A stretch of 64,000 bases of DNA, taken from a virus. The notes under the pieces are model-generated. The model did not search any database. It was not told where the DNA came from and saw nothing but the letters and a program-made list of their open reading frames with translations. Positions 1 to 10,250 of this stretch are shown piece after piece; the first letter of the stretch is position 1; each line of letters begins with the position of its first letter. The DNA lies in IMG/VR virus record IMGVR_UViG_3300036766_000889. The stretch is one strand, 5' to 3'. The position numbers and the translations under genes were made by a program.

Positions 1-3000
1 ATCGAATGTCGTTCCGGTAGGAGCTTTTGCAAAGTCAATGATGTCGGCTGACATAACAAATGTCATGTCGCCGTTAACATCAACGTCAAGAAGAACTGAT
101 GGTCCGTCATACGAGTCTCTCATGAGATTCACGTTTGAACCAACGAGACCCGTGAATATACGGTCGTTATTAAATGGGCTAGAAACGGGGGTGTAAGACC
201 CCGCACCGACACCAGGGGCCCTAACATAAATGCCAGTAATTCGGGCGGGAGCCAAAAACGGAGGGAAACGAATCCCCTTGAAGACACCGCCCGTAGAAGA
301 CGTTAACGCAGAGTTTGAATATTTTTCACCAAAAACGGTGATGGATCCAGCTGCTTGACCATATGTCTCTCCGACTCTCGCATTTGCGATATAAAAGCCA
401 GGAGATGCGGACGGATAAGCAACAAAATCTTGATTATAACCTGACGTGGTCTGGTTTGGACCTTCAAGTGACACCATCAAGAAGTTGATTCCACTCGGGA
501 AAACGGTGTTTGACACCGGCTGAATCGGAATATGATGAAGACCCTGCTTCGGTAGATACTCGAGAGGTATGTCAACATATCTGGTCTCGAGTCCGTTCAT
601 GAACAGATCGAGTGGGTCAACGACCGGATGAACGATAGACGATCCGTCCTGACTAAGGAGTGGCATAGCACCTTGAGCAACAGACCACACATCATTGCCT
701 GTGTCCGTTACGGCCGCACCATTTGTAATAACGACACTCGTAGGTGAAATGTAAGACGCAATAACCCAGGATCCATTGTTTGTCAGCTGAGATGAATTAG
801 AAATATTTAAACTAACGCCAACTAGTCCAGGATACACGCCAGTCAAACCGGTAACAGTGACTGTTGGCCCGACCACAGTAATTGTCGCAGCAGTCCCGGA
901 CAGGAACCAATTGAGAATTGATCCGTCACGACATAGTAACGCAGGGAGGACTAAACTGCGATATGGAGCTACATATAATGTCTTGGATCCTGGATCAATC
1001 ATGACCTCTGAAGTTTTTGCCAGATTTCTGTTATTACCTGTCTGTACGTAAGGTGAATCGCCAAGGTACGTCGGAATCATGCGGGATCGATCAGAAAGAC
1101 CACCACGAAGCATGACCTTTGAGGAGTTTGTCGGTGAACCCCTGTACTGAGCTGCGTGTATGTAGTCAGGCTTATGAGAAAGACCGCGACCACCGCCATA
1201 AACCACAGCGAACTCGATGTGCATTGATAATTTAGAAGCGTACGTAGAATCGACACTTGCTTGCATGGCGTACACGAATTCGTTGAGAACCGTGTCAACA
1301 GCGCCACTCTGGAACAGGATTACCATGTTCCCATTCGCATCGAACGAAACATTGATTCCCTGGTTATGCTTGAGAATCGGAAGAGTACCCGATGGAGGCG
1401 AAACCGAAAGATTTGGATTCGAAACAGTCGGGTCTAGAGATAGATCTGATGTACCACCATTTGGGTCGTACGTCATTCCTTCAAAACGAATTAGAACGGC
1501 GTCTTGATCCTCTGATGGAGAAACAAATCGAACTTGGTCAGTGTCACTACCGGGCAATCCCTTACGGAAATTCTGAACCAAAACTGTGATTCGATCGCCG
1601 TTCCACCATGCAGGGTATGAACCGGCCATGGTGGTGTAAAGACGTTGCGACGGACCGTGTGTAGGCGGGTTTCCGGTCCAAAGGACCGAGATATCATACG
1701 GAGCAATGCTTTTTTGCTGCGGATTATTCAGAGGTACGGAGTTAGTCGGAACGGTGACAGGAACGTTGAATCTCTGGACGGTAACAGCATCTGAATAAAC
1801 CCGCCTGTTCCCATCCGGGGCATCGAGTCTAGTTAAACCGCCAACGAATATCGTTGAATCTGTTACGCGGTCACCATATAAGATAACGGGACCTGAAGAA
1901 TTTGTAGATCCATAACGCTTCCATGCTGTTCTGAGGTTTCCCTTCAGAAGTTCCATGAAATTTGTTTTCAGAATACTGTCATAGTCAAATTTCGAAGCAA
2001 CTGAGTGACGGAGATCAAGAATATCAGTTGCTGCTATCTGGTCTGAGTACAGTCCGTCCGGACGGACTGTGTACGGAACTAAAGCGGCTCCGGTCAGGTG
2101 ACTTCGTACAGTCGTTTGAACTTGTCCGCGTTCAATGATTATCGTAAACTGAGTCGGAGATACGGCGATAATGTTAGCAACGCGAATAACTTCATCATCA
2201 ATTTTGAAATATGCTTCAGCAAATGAATTCATCGTGGCTAGACTAGTGCCAGTGATGCTTGTAAGAGTAAATTGGGTGTCAGTGCTTGCAATGTCAGCAA
2301 GCAGGTTAACTCCAGCTATATACTTAGTCGCGTTATTTCTGGTTTGAGCTTTACTATTTCGGTTGAAAGCTCCAGCTACGTTGCCGACATCAGAAAACCC
2401 TGCGCTGTTCCTACGAAAAACAGCACATAACGGGATTGCGTATACATACCCGTCAACAGTTCCGAAAGTAGATGGGTCCCCGGTTCCAGATCTCCAAAGA
2501 CCTGGATCCCCGAGTTCCTGTCTCATATTTTGGAAAGGAATCGCTGACGGAACCTGAAGCATTCCTTGAGCGAAAACGAGAGATGGGTCAAAGCCTTCAG
2601 GGTATTGCGAAATGCCAATATCCGTAACAACACGAATGCGATATTGTATCTGAATTCTTTTTGTCGTCGCAGCGTTTAAGTCTGGATCAACAAGGTCATC
2701 GTGAAGGTATGAAAAACCACCTTCTACATTTCCGAACTTGTAAATGAAGCCGCGTATCGGTTTTCCAGGAGCCGCATTTGGCGGTGCCGGGTCAACTTCA
2801 ATTCGAGCAAGCCAGACCTCGAGAAAAACGAATTCTGACCGGTTGCCACCGGTAGAAGAGGTCGGTGGATTCAGAAGAATCTTATTCCACGAGTCAACGT
2901 CATTCGCGGCAAGCGGTGGAGCGCCAGTTCTGGTTCCCGTAACGGGTATAAGCCACCCGTTTACAGCGGCCCATGTAATATTACGGGTTTCACCAGGGGT

Positions 3001-3258
3001 ATTTCGACCGAAATAAAATAAATTTGAGTTTTGAGGATCTGTGAAGAAATCCGATCGAGGATTGGCTTCGTCCATAAGCCAACCAGATGCCATCTCAGAT
3101 CGAACGGCTTCCGCTCTGGCTTCTAGCTCAATCAGGGATATTAGATTGAGTTCAGAGTCAAGAGGGGGCCTTCGTGCCTGGAATATTACCCCAGCAAGTT
3201 GCTTATCCCTGTTATCAGTGTACCTCGACACGCCGGGGCCAAGTGGGTTGGTAGGCAT
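1..3258 (-). CDS. Large virion structural protein, DUF4815-like; 3' end truncated by the window edge; not in the ORF track
   Basis: Spot-translated by hand from ATG at 3258 (upstream GGGGGTGG): MPTNPLGPGVSRYTDNRDKQLAGVIFQARRPPLDSELNLI. Sampled segments down to position 1 are in the same open frame. Shares blocks with 7058-10144: DDLVDP..TKRIQIQYRIRVV, GTVDGYVYAIPLCAVFRRN, RPDGLYSDQIAATDILDLR. Confidence 0.85.
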   Translation of the reverse strand, partial: MPTNPLGPGVSRYTDNRDKQLAGVIFQARRPPLDSELNLISLIELEARAEAVRSEMASGWLMDEANPRSDFFTDPQNSNLFYFGRNTPGETRNITWAAVNGWLIPVTGTRTGAPPLAANDVDSWNKILLNPPTSSTGGNRSEFVFLEVWLARIEVDPAPPNAAPGKPIRGFIYKFGNVEGGFSYLHDDLVDPDLNAATTKRIQIQYRIRVVTDIGISQYPEGFDPSLVFAQGMLQVPSAIPFQNMRQELGDPGLWRSGTGDPSTFGTVDGYVYAIPLCAVFRRNSAGFSDVGNVAGAFNRNSKAQTRNNATKYIAGVNLLADIASTDTQFTLTSITGTSLATMNSFAEAYFKIDDEVIRVANIIAVSPTQFTIIIERGQVQTTVRSHLTGAALVPYTVRPDGLYSDQIAATDILDLRHSVASKFDYDSILKTNFMELLKGNLRTAWKRYGSTNSSGPVILYGDRVTDSTIFVGGLTRLDAPDGNRRVYSDAVTVQRFNVPVTVPTNSVPLNNPQQKSIAPYDISVLWTGNPPTHGPSQRLYTTMAGSYPAWWNGDRITVLVQNFRKGLPGSDTDQVRFVSPSEDQDAVLIRFEGMTYDPNGGTSDLSLDPTVSNPNLSVSPPSGTLPILKHNQGINVSFDANGNMVILFQSGAVDTVLNEFVYAMQASVDSTYASKLSMHIEFAVVYGGGRGLSHKPDYIHAAQYRGSPTNSSKVMLRGGLSDRSRMIPTYLGDSPYVQTGNNRNLAKTSEVMIDPGSKTLYVAPYRSLVLPALLCRDGSILNWFLSGTAATITVVGPTVTVTGLTGVYPGLVGVSLNISNSSQLTNNGSWVIASYISPTSVVITNGAAVTDTGNDVWSVAQGAMPLLSQDGSSIVHPVVDPLDLFMNGLETRYVDIPLEYLPKQGLHHIPIQPVSNTVFPSGINFLMVSLEGPNQTTSGYNQDFVAYPSASPGFYIANARVGETYGQAAGSITVFGEKYSNSALTSSTGGVFKGIRFPPFLAPARITGIYVRAPGVGAGSYTPVSSPFNNDRIFTGLVGSNVNLMRDSYDGPSVLLDVDVNGDMTFVMSADIIDFAKAPTGTTFD

Positions 3259-3428
3259 TATACCACCCCCGAAACTAAGTTCTGACAATCAAATTCCATG
3301 TCTAAAATCTCTTTCATCGATTTCTCGTTCCCTGAGAACCGGATTAACGCCATATCTTAGCCAGTTTCAGGGTTCTAAACAGTTTTTCACATAAGCATCT
3401 TAGATGCTGTTTACCATACTATCGTGGT

Positions 3429-4079
3429 TCATCCGGCTAGCAACAAATAATCGGAAAGATGCCACGGAACCATGGACAGGTTTGTAAATCTAAGCCGAAC
3501 ACTGAGTGGTGTTGGATTGGCGTATAGATATTCCAAACCTGACTGCATGCTAGGAACAAGAACCGCTGCTCCAGCTGAATCCATAATGTCAACTTGGAAA
3601 ATCCCAGAACCAAAATCAACAAATGACGAACTACCAGGATCCCATCCATATAAAAGAGACGCAGGGTCTGGCTGCTCAAGAGTTTGTTCCACGTTTCTAT
3701 TTAGAAGGAAACCATCATACGTGACAGACACTCGAGTTAAAATCGGGATGGTCAATAACATGGTGTCGGTCATAAGTACCCCGCCAGGCATGACAAAAGT
3801 ACCTTTATTTGGGGCAACAACAATCCCAAGCGATAGCGTTTGATAAACTAACGAGATATCTAAAAATTCATCACTAAATGACTGAGGAAGAGTCGGATGG
3901 AGTGCCATCAAAGCACTCTTCTTGGCAGCAATCAGCAATAATGGATCGTTGCTATCCATCGGTACCGAACCGGCCCCGGTTGGTACGTTAACGATATACT
4001 TCCCACTAACTGAGAAATTCAGTGGGCTATTGTAAACTCCTTGAATTTCTCCACTTTGTGAGTCAACAAGTACCTTCAT
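3429..4079 (-). CDS. Hypothetical virion protein, 216 aa
   Basis: Co-oriented ORF in the structural operon; beta-rich composition; candidate late-promoter motif upstream. Confidence 0.7.
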   Translation of the reverse strand: MKVLVDSQSGEIQGVYNSPLNFSVSGKYIVNVPTGAGSVPMDSNDPLLLIAAKKSALMALHPTLPQSFSDEFLDISLVYQTLSLGIVVAPNKGTFVMPGGVLMTDTMLLTIPILTRVSVTYDGFLLNRNVEQTLEQPDPASLLYGWDPGSSSFVDFGSGIFQVDIMDSAGAAVLVPSMQSGLEYLYANPTPLSVRLRFTNLSMVPWHLSDYLLLAG

Positions 4080-4121
4080 ATTTACTTTCCATGTAGATCA
4101 AGAGATATCACTGTTAACGAT

Positions 4122-7058
4122 CTAAAAGAGTTTGTTGTTATCAACAATGTTGCCCGCGCCAGCATTATTGATTTCACCCACGCCTCCCGCACCATCGTTC
4201 ACTACCATGTTACCTGTGATGATGTTGTTATCGGAGGTCGCCAATATATCGATTTCAGCGGTGTTCACTCCTAACGGGGTAATACACTTAATCGTGTTGG
4301 TGTCCACGATATTTTGATGCGCACCACTAGTCAGCTGTATACGGCATGCATTACCAGCATTTGATGCAGCCTGATTATCACCAATATTGCCACTGACTGT
4401 GTTGCGAACCGCGCCAGACGTAAACCAAACCAAATTGTATATGCCAGTTACAGTCCACGTTGCAATGTTGCCTTTGACTACGTTATATTCACATTTGTTC
4501 GGGGACGCTATGAATCCATCAAGACGAATCGCGGTGTCAAATTGCCCGTTAATCGTGTTGTCAGTGATTTGACAGTGCCTGGCGTTGACACAATGAATAG
4601 AATACTGCGTACCTATCCCTGTAAACCTGTTACGATTCACTCTGCTTCGAATGCCTTCTAATCGTAGGTATGGTAGGGCGTAAGCAACATCTGAGTCTAT
4701 CAAACAGTTATCAAGCAATGCGGCTCCAGCAGAGCTACCTATTTCGACTAAAGCCGTGGTCGGGGTACCACCGTCATGTTCAATTGATAGATTTGAAACT
4801 ATTGGTTGGCTACTAAATAACTGTACATAATAGCTGAACGATGAAGTAGCTTCGACATTTCGAACAGAACCACCTGTTACGCTGCCGCCGGAGACTCGTA
4901 GGTAACTACCGCCACTACGACGAATTGACCAGTAGCGGCATATCATGAGATTGTAGACGTTCGAATTGTTCAGCTCTACTAATGAAAATGCACTAAATGC
5001 ACCCGTACCATGAACTCCTGATGAAGGACCATCAACCATCAGCCCGTATACATCAATATATTGGAGACTGACAGCAAAACGACTGTCGTTTCCAAAATCA
5101 CCCTCTACCATGTTGATAAGACGAACATCGGTCATCACAGAAGCTTGCAATGGAGCCGTACCTGCTAATTCAAAAGCTACATTGTTCGAAAATACTTGTA
5201 GAACTGCTGCAGAACCTGCACCAGAAATGAAAGCACGACCACCGCCAGTCATCGCCCATTTTTTCTCACGTAAGTCAATATAAATACGATCATATGTCGA
5301 CGAAAAATATGAATACCCGTTTTGCTCGTTCAGCACCAAGATGGAATCTCGATGCTGACCAGACGCACCGACACTTGCACCAGGGTTGATTGTTAATCCA
5401 TCAATTACGAAATGGCCATGATTGAGCACGGACACGTTATCTCGGCCACCAAACAAGATGACTGGTGTTCCTGGAGCAGGAACCACTGAAGTTGGATCAC
5501 AGTTCGATGAGCCGTACTCCATGTGGACGTCGCGCATAACTAACGGCATACCACTGCTTGCGTTGCCATAGCCATAAAACAACTGACGACCTGCTCCCGC
5601 ATCATCACTACCACCAAAGAGCTTGAGAGATTCAAACACGACACCAGAGTTTGGTGCTGCAAGTGCTCTGCCACGTGTTGCTGTGGCTGTGACATTCTTG
5701 AACGTCATATTGTAGACGTCAGAGATAAACATAGTGGCGCTAAGTGTGCTGAGTCCATCACCACGAGCCGAGAAGACGCAATCTTCGAACGAAACAAGAC
5801 CACCAAGGGTGCTAGTAATATGGAGTGCGCTATCTGAGCTTGGCGTGGCCGGGTCGAGAACGCCATAGACATTAGAGATAGACAGTGGTTCAATACCAGC
5901 TTCCATCTCAATAACATGACCACATATAACACCGCCCGCACGGAGATTTGTCGCAGTACCACTACTAGTCGAGGCGAACTTGATCAAGGATAAGTCGCCA
6001 ACATTAATGTTGGTGAATGCTATATCCCGCACAGACATGTCCTGGTCACCAAGAACCACAACAGGATCTGTTGCTCCTGTGTTGCCGTACATACCGGAGA
6101 TTACTACTCCGTGCAGCGTGCAGTGGAAACCTTGCATGTCAATGCACTGATATCCAGCAGCGAGCGAGCCACCATGTCCAAGCGAGATATTCGTTATACT
6201 GTTTCGGATGCCGTACAGTTCAACAGCCCTCGTAGTCATACCATCCATGTTGTTGATCACAACATTCGAGATGCTACAATGTGATGACGATCCAGACAGT
6301 TGGATTAGAGGAACGCCCAGATACTTGGCGTTGTTGATGATTACTTGATCTATTATAGTTCGATACGCATTAGTTTGTATGCTAAACTGGCAGTCACGTA
6401 CCCAAGAGAGCCGATTACCCTCTCCAGTAATAGTCATCGAAGTGGATTGAGGGGTTGCGTAAATAAATTCAAATGTGTTTTCGGAGCAGTTTACGTTGAT
6501 ATCGCCTAAAATGTCGAGGATAAGGCGATCAAATTTATTAAGCCCAAAGCCGAAAAACCCTGCGATGTTGACGTTACCAGGTGTCTTCAACGATACGTTT
6601 GAGAAAAGATTGATTGCAAGGATAACGAAGTTACCTGCTGCTTGCAACGTTATATTTTCAATCTGGCATGCAAAGCCCACATTAAAGGATCCAGGCGAGA
6701 CAATTGTGACTCCTGTAAAGTCGTTGTATCCCTTGATGGATATGTTGTTGAGTTGAGTTGCTGCGTTCCAGTTATACATACCAGAACGTAAATACAGCAT
6801 AGGCTTACTAATGCTAGCTGTGTAAGCAGCATAAGCGTCAATCAAAGCGTTCGGACCAACGAAGTCTGCTAATCCAGCTGCAACTGGATTAGCATCAAGA
6901 ATCCAAATTGCTTTTACACTAGTGGCAACAGTGGGAGCCGGATATGTACCGATAAGATCGCCTGAAGCTGCCGAACCGATTAAGATCGCATCGATTACAG
7001 ATTGAGGCAGAGGCTCTTTACTCGGATGAACCTGTAGTGGGTTGTACGGCTTCGGCAT
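4122..7058 (-). CDS. Right-handed beta-helix tailspike / putative depolymerase, 978 aa
   Basis: Pectin-lyase-like I/V-x-G/D-N repeats (CQITDNTI, NVVKGNIA, NTVSGNIG, NIITGNMV); N-terminal ASGDLIGTYPAPTV fibre-type motif; TAATG-coupled to the upstream gene. Confidence 0.75.
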   Translation of the reverse strand: MPKPYNPLQVHPSKEPLPQSVIDAILIGSAASGDLIGTYPAPTVATSVKAIWILDANPVAAGLADFVGPNALIDAYAAYTASISKPMLYLRSGMYNWNAATQLNNISIKGYNDFTGVTIVSPGSFNVGFACQIENITLQAAGNFVILAINLFSNVSLKTPGNVNIAGFFGFGLNKFDRLILDILGDINVNCSENTFEFIYATPQSTSMTITGEGNRLSWVRDCQFSIQTNAYRTIIDQVIINNAKYLGVPLIQLSGSSSHCSISNVVINNMDGMTTRAVELYGIRNSITNISLGHGGSLAAGYQCIDMQGFHCTLHGVVISGMYGNTGATDPVVVLGDQDMSVRDIAFTNINVGDLSLIKFASTSSGTATNLRAGGVICGHVIEMEAGIEPLSISNVYGVLDPATPSSDSALHITSTLGGLVSFEDCVFSARGDGLSTLSATMFISDVYNMTFKNVTATATRGRALAAPNSGVVFESLKLFGGSDDAGAGRQLFYGYGNASSGMPLVMRDVHMEYGSSNCDPTSVVPAPGTPVILFGGRDNVSVLNHGHFVIDGLTINPGASVGASGQHRDSILVLNEQNGYSYFSSTYDRIYIDLREKKWAMTGGGRAFISGAGSAAVLQVFSNNVAFELAGTAPLQASVMTDVRLINMVEGDFGNDSRFAVSLQYIDVYGLMVDGPSSGVHGTGAFSAFSLVELNNSNVYNLMICRYWSIRRSGGSYLRVSGGSVTGGSVRNVEATSSFSYYVQLFSSQPIVSNLSIEHDGGTPTTALVEIGSSAGAALLDNCLIDSDVAYALPYLRLEGIRSRVNRNRFTGIGTQYSIHCVNARHCQITDNTINGQFDTAIRLDGFIASPNKCEYNVVKGNIATWTVTGIYNLVWFTSGAVRNTVSGNIGDNQAASNAGNACRIQLTSGAHQNIVDTNTIKCITPLGVNTAEIDILATSDNNIITGNMVVNDGAGGVGEINNAGAGNIVDNNKLF

Positions 7059-10000
7059 TAAACTGTCCGCCTATGATTCATGAGATTTCCACGTACCCGA
7101 TAAACAGCAGCACAAGACGATGATAGGTCAGAACTAAGGTCGATGGTATTTTCATTACCAAAATCGACCCAATTCGTGAAAACAACCAAAACCAACGTCC
7201 CTTTACGGAATTGAAATGCCAAACCACTTGGCAGATCTTGTTTAACTTCCATCAAAACCGGTAGAGCAACCTTATGTCGAATTTTCGACGAAAGTAACGG
7301 TCCAATGGAAGTCGGACCATAAATAGAGCCTAGTAATGATGATTGAGGCCAGAAATTTCTACCTTCAGAATCGGTGGTAGTTATAACATTTGAAAACAAA
7401 GTCGTTTTTGAGGCATCAGGAGTATACGGAATGACGACAGGGACAGTGACGTAGCCAGTATTAACATTCATCCCTAACACTGAAACTGAAGATGGTGAAT
7501 TCAAAGCGGATTCTGATGCAGGTCCTGGAACAAGACCAACCGGAATTTGTTCAGACGGCGAAACAAACGGAAAGCCTGAATCTGGACTTCCGGATCCGGT
7601 TAGAATAGAATGTAGCGATTTCCCTATAGCTCGAGGAACAAGATGGAGAGTAGAAATTCCTGCAGGAACAACATTTGACTGAATTGATCTAGACTGGTAA
7701 AAGAACTGATATGAGTCTCCAGGTATAGCTTGAAGTGGTGGAAGGGGACGTCGAGCCTGGTACGTAACAATGATTTGAGTTCCTAACGCAGGAACTGATG
7801 ATAATGTAATGGAAGTGAACGTAGTCCACAAAGTGGAACCTGATATGGCATAACCACCTAAGACATATTGAACAACCCCACCAGCAAGGTAAGCATTCAC
7901 AAACACTGATCCAGTCAACGTGAACGTATTTGCACCAGTGACGAGAATAAACCATGCGCCATTCGCTTCAGTCGTTCCTGTTACACCAGATATGATGATC
8001 GAATTTCCGTTCGACAAACCATGAGGCGAGGACGTCGTGATCTCGATAAGACCGAATCCATCATCCGTAGCACCCGTAATATTCATCGAAAGGGTAGGTG
8101 TTACGTTCGGATCTAAAACATCCGGAACCCACATGACATCAGATATGCCATCAGCAATAGCCGTCCAGTTTTGAACAGTCGTGCGAAGTCTTGCTGTTAT
8201 CTCTCTATGCGTTGGGTCGCACTTCCATAATGGTCCTGGATATGCCGTGTCCCCATATAGAGCATTTCTGTTCAAATCACTAGTTGTTTGGAAAGTAGAC
8301 ACTGACGGATCAACCCATGCAGCAATATTGGCTGCTGGTGGAGTCCACAAAGCATGCGGGCTCACGATATTACGAGAAGCACCACTATTACTAGGATAGT
8401 CAATGAGAACTTCTACGAAAAGAGTAAGACCGGCTGCCACCGGGGCATCAAAAGTTATAATGGCTGTATCTACATAGATGCCAGAAATCGTTAGAGCCAC
8501 CGATAAAACGGCTGGAGAACCACCTAGAAGAGCATCATAATCAGTTCCAACACCATCCCAAACCCTAACCTTCGTAACCGATGATAGCGTGACACCGGTC
8601 GGAGAGGTCAGAGTAAGATCGACTGGAGAACCAGCCCATGGAACTGTGAAAGCTGACAAATTAACAACAACAATTGCTGATGGGGCTACAATAGGAACCA
8701 TCGCAACTGCAGATTCAGTTATCCGTCTGTCGGAGAACGAGGTTCGAACTCCATCCGGTTGACCCATCTTGGAACCGAAGGCTAACTCATCTTTCACGAA
8801 GATTGAGGTGCCAACACATGGTCCGGATACGTCCATTCTTGTTGTGAGGGTGTTATCTAAAACTTCTTGAAATGTCTTATCCAGGACTTCGTTGAAGTCC
8901 CAGGCAACACCACGTCGAAGATCCAACAAGTCTCCAACAACAATCTGATCCGCGTACAAGCCATCTGGCCTGTCTGAGGTGAGACTCGTCATCAAAACGC
9001 CGCCATTGACGTTGGTTACCCTATCAAATCCTCCGGAGTTTCTACGGGCGATAGCGCAAACAGGAACGGCATACATTAATCCATCAACTGTTCCGAGAGC
9101 TAATGCGCCGACTGAATTGTTTTCGCCAGTTATCCATAACCCATTATCGAACGAGTCACGAACATAGGGGTATGTAATTAACTCAGCACCGTCAACATCT
9201 GACGCAGTGAGATAAGGGACTGTATGAGCAAGAACGTTCGGATCTTCTAAGCCATCCGGATAAGTTTCAATATCAATCCCAGGTATGACCCTATATCTAT
9301 ATTGAATCTGAACACGTTTGGCTGTTTCACTAAGAAACGTCGGGTCAAGTAAATCGTCAGAAAGGTTTTCATTTCTAAATGGAGGTCCGTCTGAAGCTTT
9401 TGCGTTTCCATACCGAAGAATCTGTCCAGACGGACTTTTGTTTGATATATCGGGGAGCGGAGACACGAGGGCTCGCCACACTTCAAGAATCACAAGATCG
9501 GTTCGAACACCGGTTAGTGGTGGGACCGGAAGAGTTATTCGGTTGACACCGGGGGTAGCTAATTCTGTCAGGTCAAATCTGACTTGCCACCCATTTACGA
9601 GAACTTCGGAAGCCCTGAGACGTAGTTTGTTTGCTATTGAAACCAGAGCAATCCCGCCAGCAAGGTAAACATTCACAAATACTGATCCAGTCAACGTGAA
9701 CGTATTTGCACCAGTGGAGAGAATAAACCACAAGCCGTTCGCTTCAATCGTTCCTGTTACACCAGATATAATAATCGAATTTCCTCCATTTGACAAACCA
9801 TGGGGCAAGAGCGTTGTGATTTCAATAAGACCAAATCCATCGTCCGCAGCACCAGTAATAGTAATCGGTCCCGGTGTGTAGAAAATGTAATCACCAAGAA
9901 CGTTCGATTCGTCAACGAACGTATTTGTCATGAAGCATGACGGAAGAAGCTTTGATGCTAGACCTGTAACTCCTCCACGCCCCAAAACTTCCTGAAGAAG

Positions 10001-10144
10001 ATTCATCTCCCAATCAGTTGCCGGTTTATCCTGTTGAAGGACGAGAGACTCCCAAGAATGGTCCTCAGCAGTATACGGGCCTCCACCTGGCAATACTGCC
10101 TGTGGCGATTGGCTGACAAAAGGACCTAAATCTTTATAAGTCAT
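7058..10144 (-). CDS. Virion structural protein, DUF4815-like, with two inserted E1-FCCH-like modules, 1028 aa
   Basis: N-terminal LVLQQDKPATDWEMNLLQE; paralogous to 1-3258; two ~70-aa ITGA.DDGFGLIEITT..PHGLSNG modules. Confidence 0.75.
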   Translation of the reverse strand: MTYKDLGPFVSQSPQAVLPGGGPYTAEDHSWESLVLQQDKPATDWEMNLLQEVLGRGGVTGLASKLLPSCFMTNTFVDESNVLGDYIFYTPGPITITGAADDGFGLIEITTLLPHGLSNGGNSIIISGVTGTIEANGLWFILSTGANTFTLTGSVFVNVYLAGGIALVSIANKLRLRASEVLVNGWQVRFDLTELATPGVNRITLPVPPLTGVRTDLVILEVWRALVSPLPDISNKSPSGQILRYGNAKASDGPPFRNENLSDDLLDPTFLSETAKRVQIQYRYRVIPGIDIETYPDGLEDPNVLAHTVPYLTASDVDGAELITYPYVRDSFDNGLWITGENNSVGALALGTVDGLMYAVPVCAIARRNSGGFDRVTNVNGGVLMTSLTSDRPDGLYADQIVVGDLLDLRRGVAWDFNEVLDKTFQEVLDNTLTTRMDVSGPCVGTSIFVKDELAFGSKMGQPDGVRTSFSDRRITESAVAMVPIVAPSAIVVVNLSAFTVPWAGSPVDLTLTSPTGVTLSSVTKVRVWDGVGTDYDALLGGSPAVLSVALTISGIYVDTAIITFDAPVAAGLTLFVEVLIDYPSNSGASRNIVSPHALWTPPAANIAAWVDPSVSTFQTTSDLNRNALYGDTAYPGPLWKCDPTHREITARLRTTVQNWTAIADGISDVMWVPDVLDPNVTPTLSMNITGATDDGFGLIEITTSSPHGLSNGNSIIISGVTGTTEANGAWFILVTGANTFTLTGSVFVNAYLAGGVVQYVLGGYAISGSTLWTTFTSITLSSVPALGTQIIVTYQARRPLPPLQAIPGDSYQFFYQSRSIQSNVVPAGISTLHLVPRAIGKSLHSILTGSGSPDSGFPFVSPSEQIPVGLVPGPASESALNSPSSVSVLGMNVNTGYVTVPVVIPYTPDASKTTLFSNVITTTDSEGRNFWPQSSLLGSIYGPTSIGPLLSSKIRHKVALPVLMEVKQDLPSGLAFQFRKGTLVLVVFTNWVDFGNENTIDLSSDLSSSCAAVYRVRGNLMNHRRTV
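7877..8080 (-). repeat. ~200-bp coding module (E1-FCCH-like); other copies at ~9654-9860 and ~12072-12285
   Basis: Near-identical DNA and protein between the first two copies, e.g. actgatccagtcaacgtgaacgtatttgcaccagtg; third copy more diverged. Confidence 0.9.
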
Positions 10145-10147
10145 TAC

Positions 10148-10183
10148 TTACCATTGCCATCCAATAATAGGTCGCTTTACCAT
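10148..10183 (-). CDS. Putative 11-aa leader mini-ORF MVKRPIIGWQW
   Basis: ATG lies 15 nt after a CTTTCCAT motif; its TAA lies 3 nt before the ATG of the 1028-aa gene. Confidence 0.35.
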   Translation of the reverse strand: MVKRPIIGWQW

Positions 10184-10250
10184 ACGAGCAAAAACGCTAT
10201 GGAAAGTTGACTTATACTCGGACCTTCCAACACGGCTGATGAAAAAACGC

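Noticed and set aside
3259-3353. 31-aa ORF MALIRFSG... coupled to the 3258 start
   Set aside because: No SD, motif or recognisable sequence to support it.
857-3394. Short ORF-track calls in 857-3394 and the many antisense ORFs elsewhere
   Set aside because: Shadows of long minus-strand structural genes.
7877-9860. Possible DGR template/variable repeat pair
   Set aside because: Both copies are coding, mismatches are not adenine-specific, and no reverse transcriptase is in the window.
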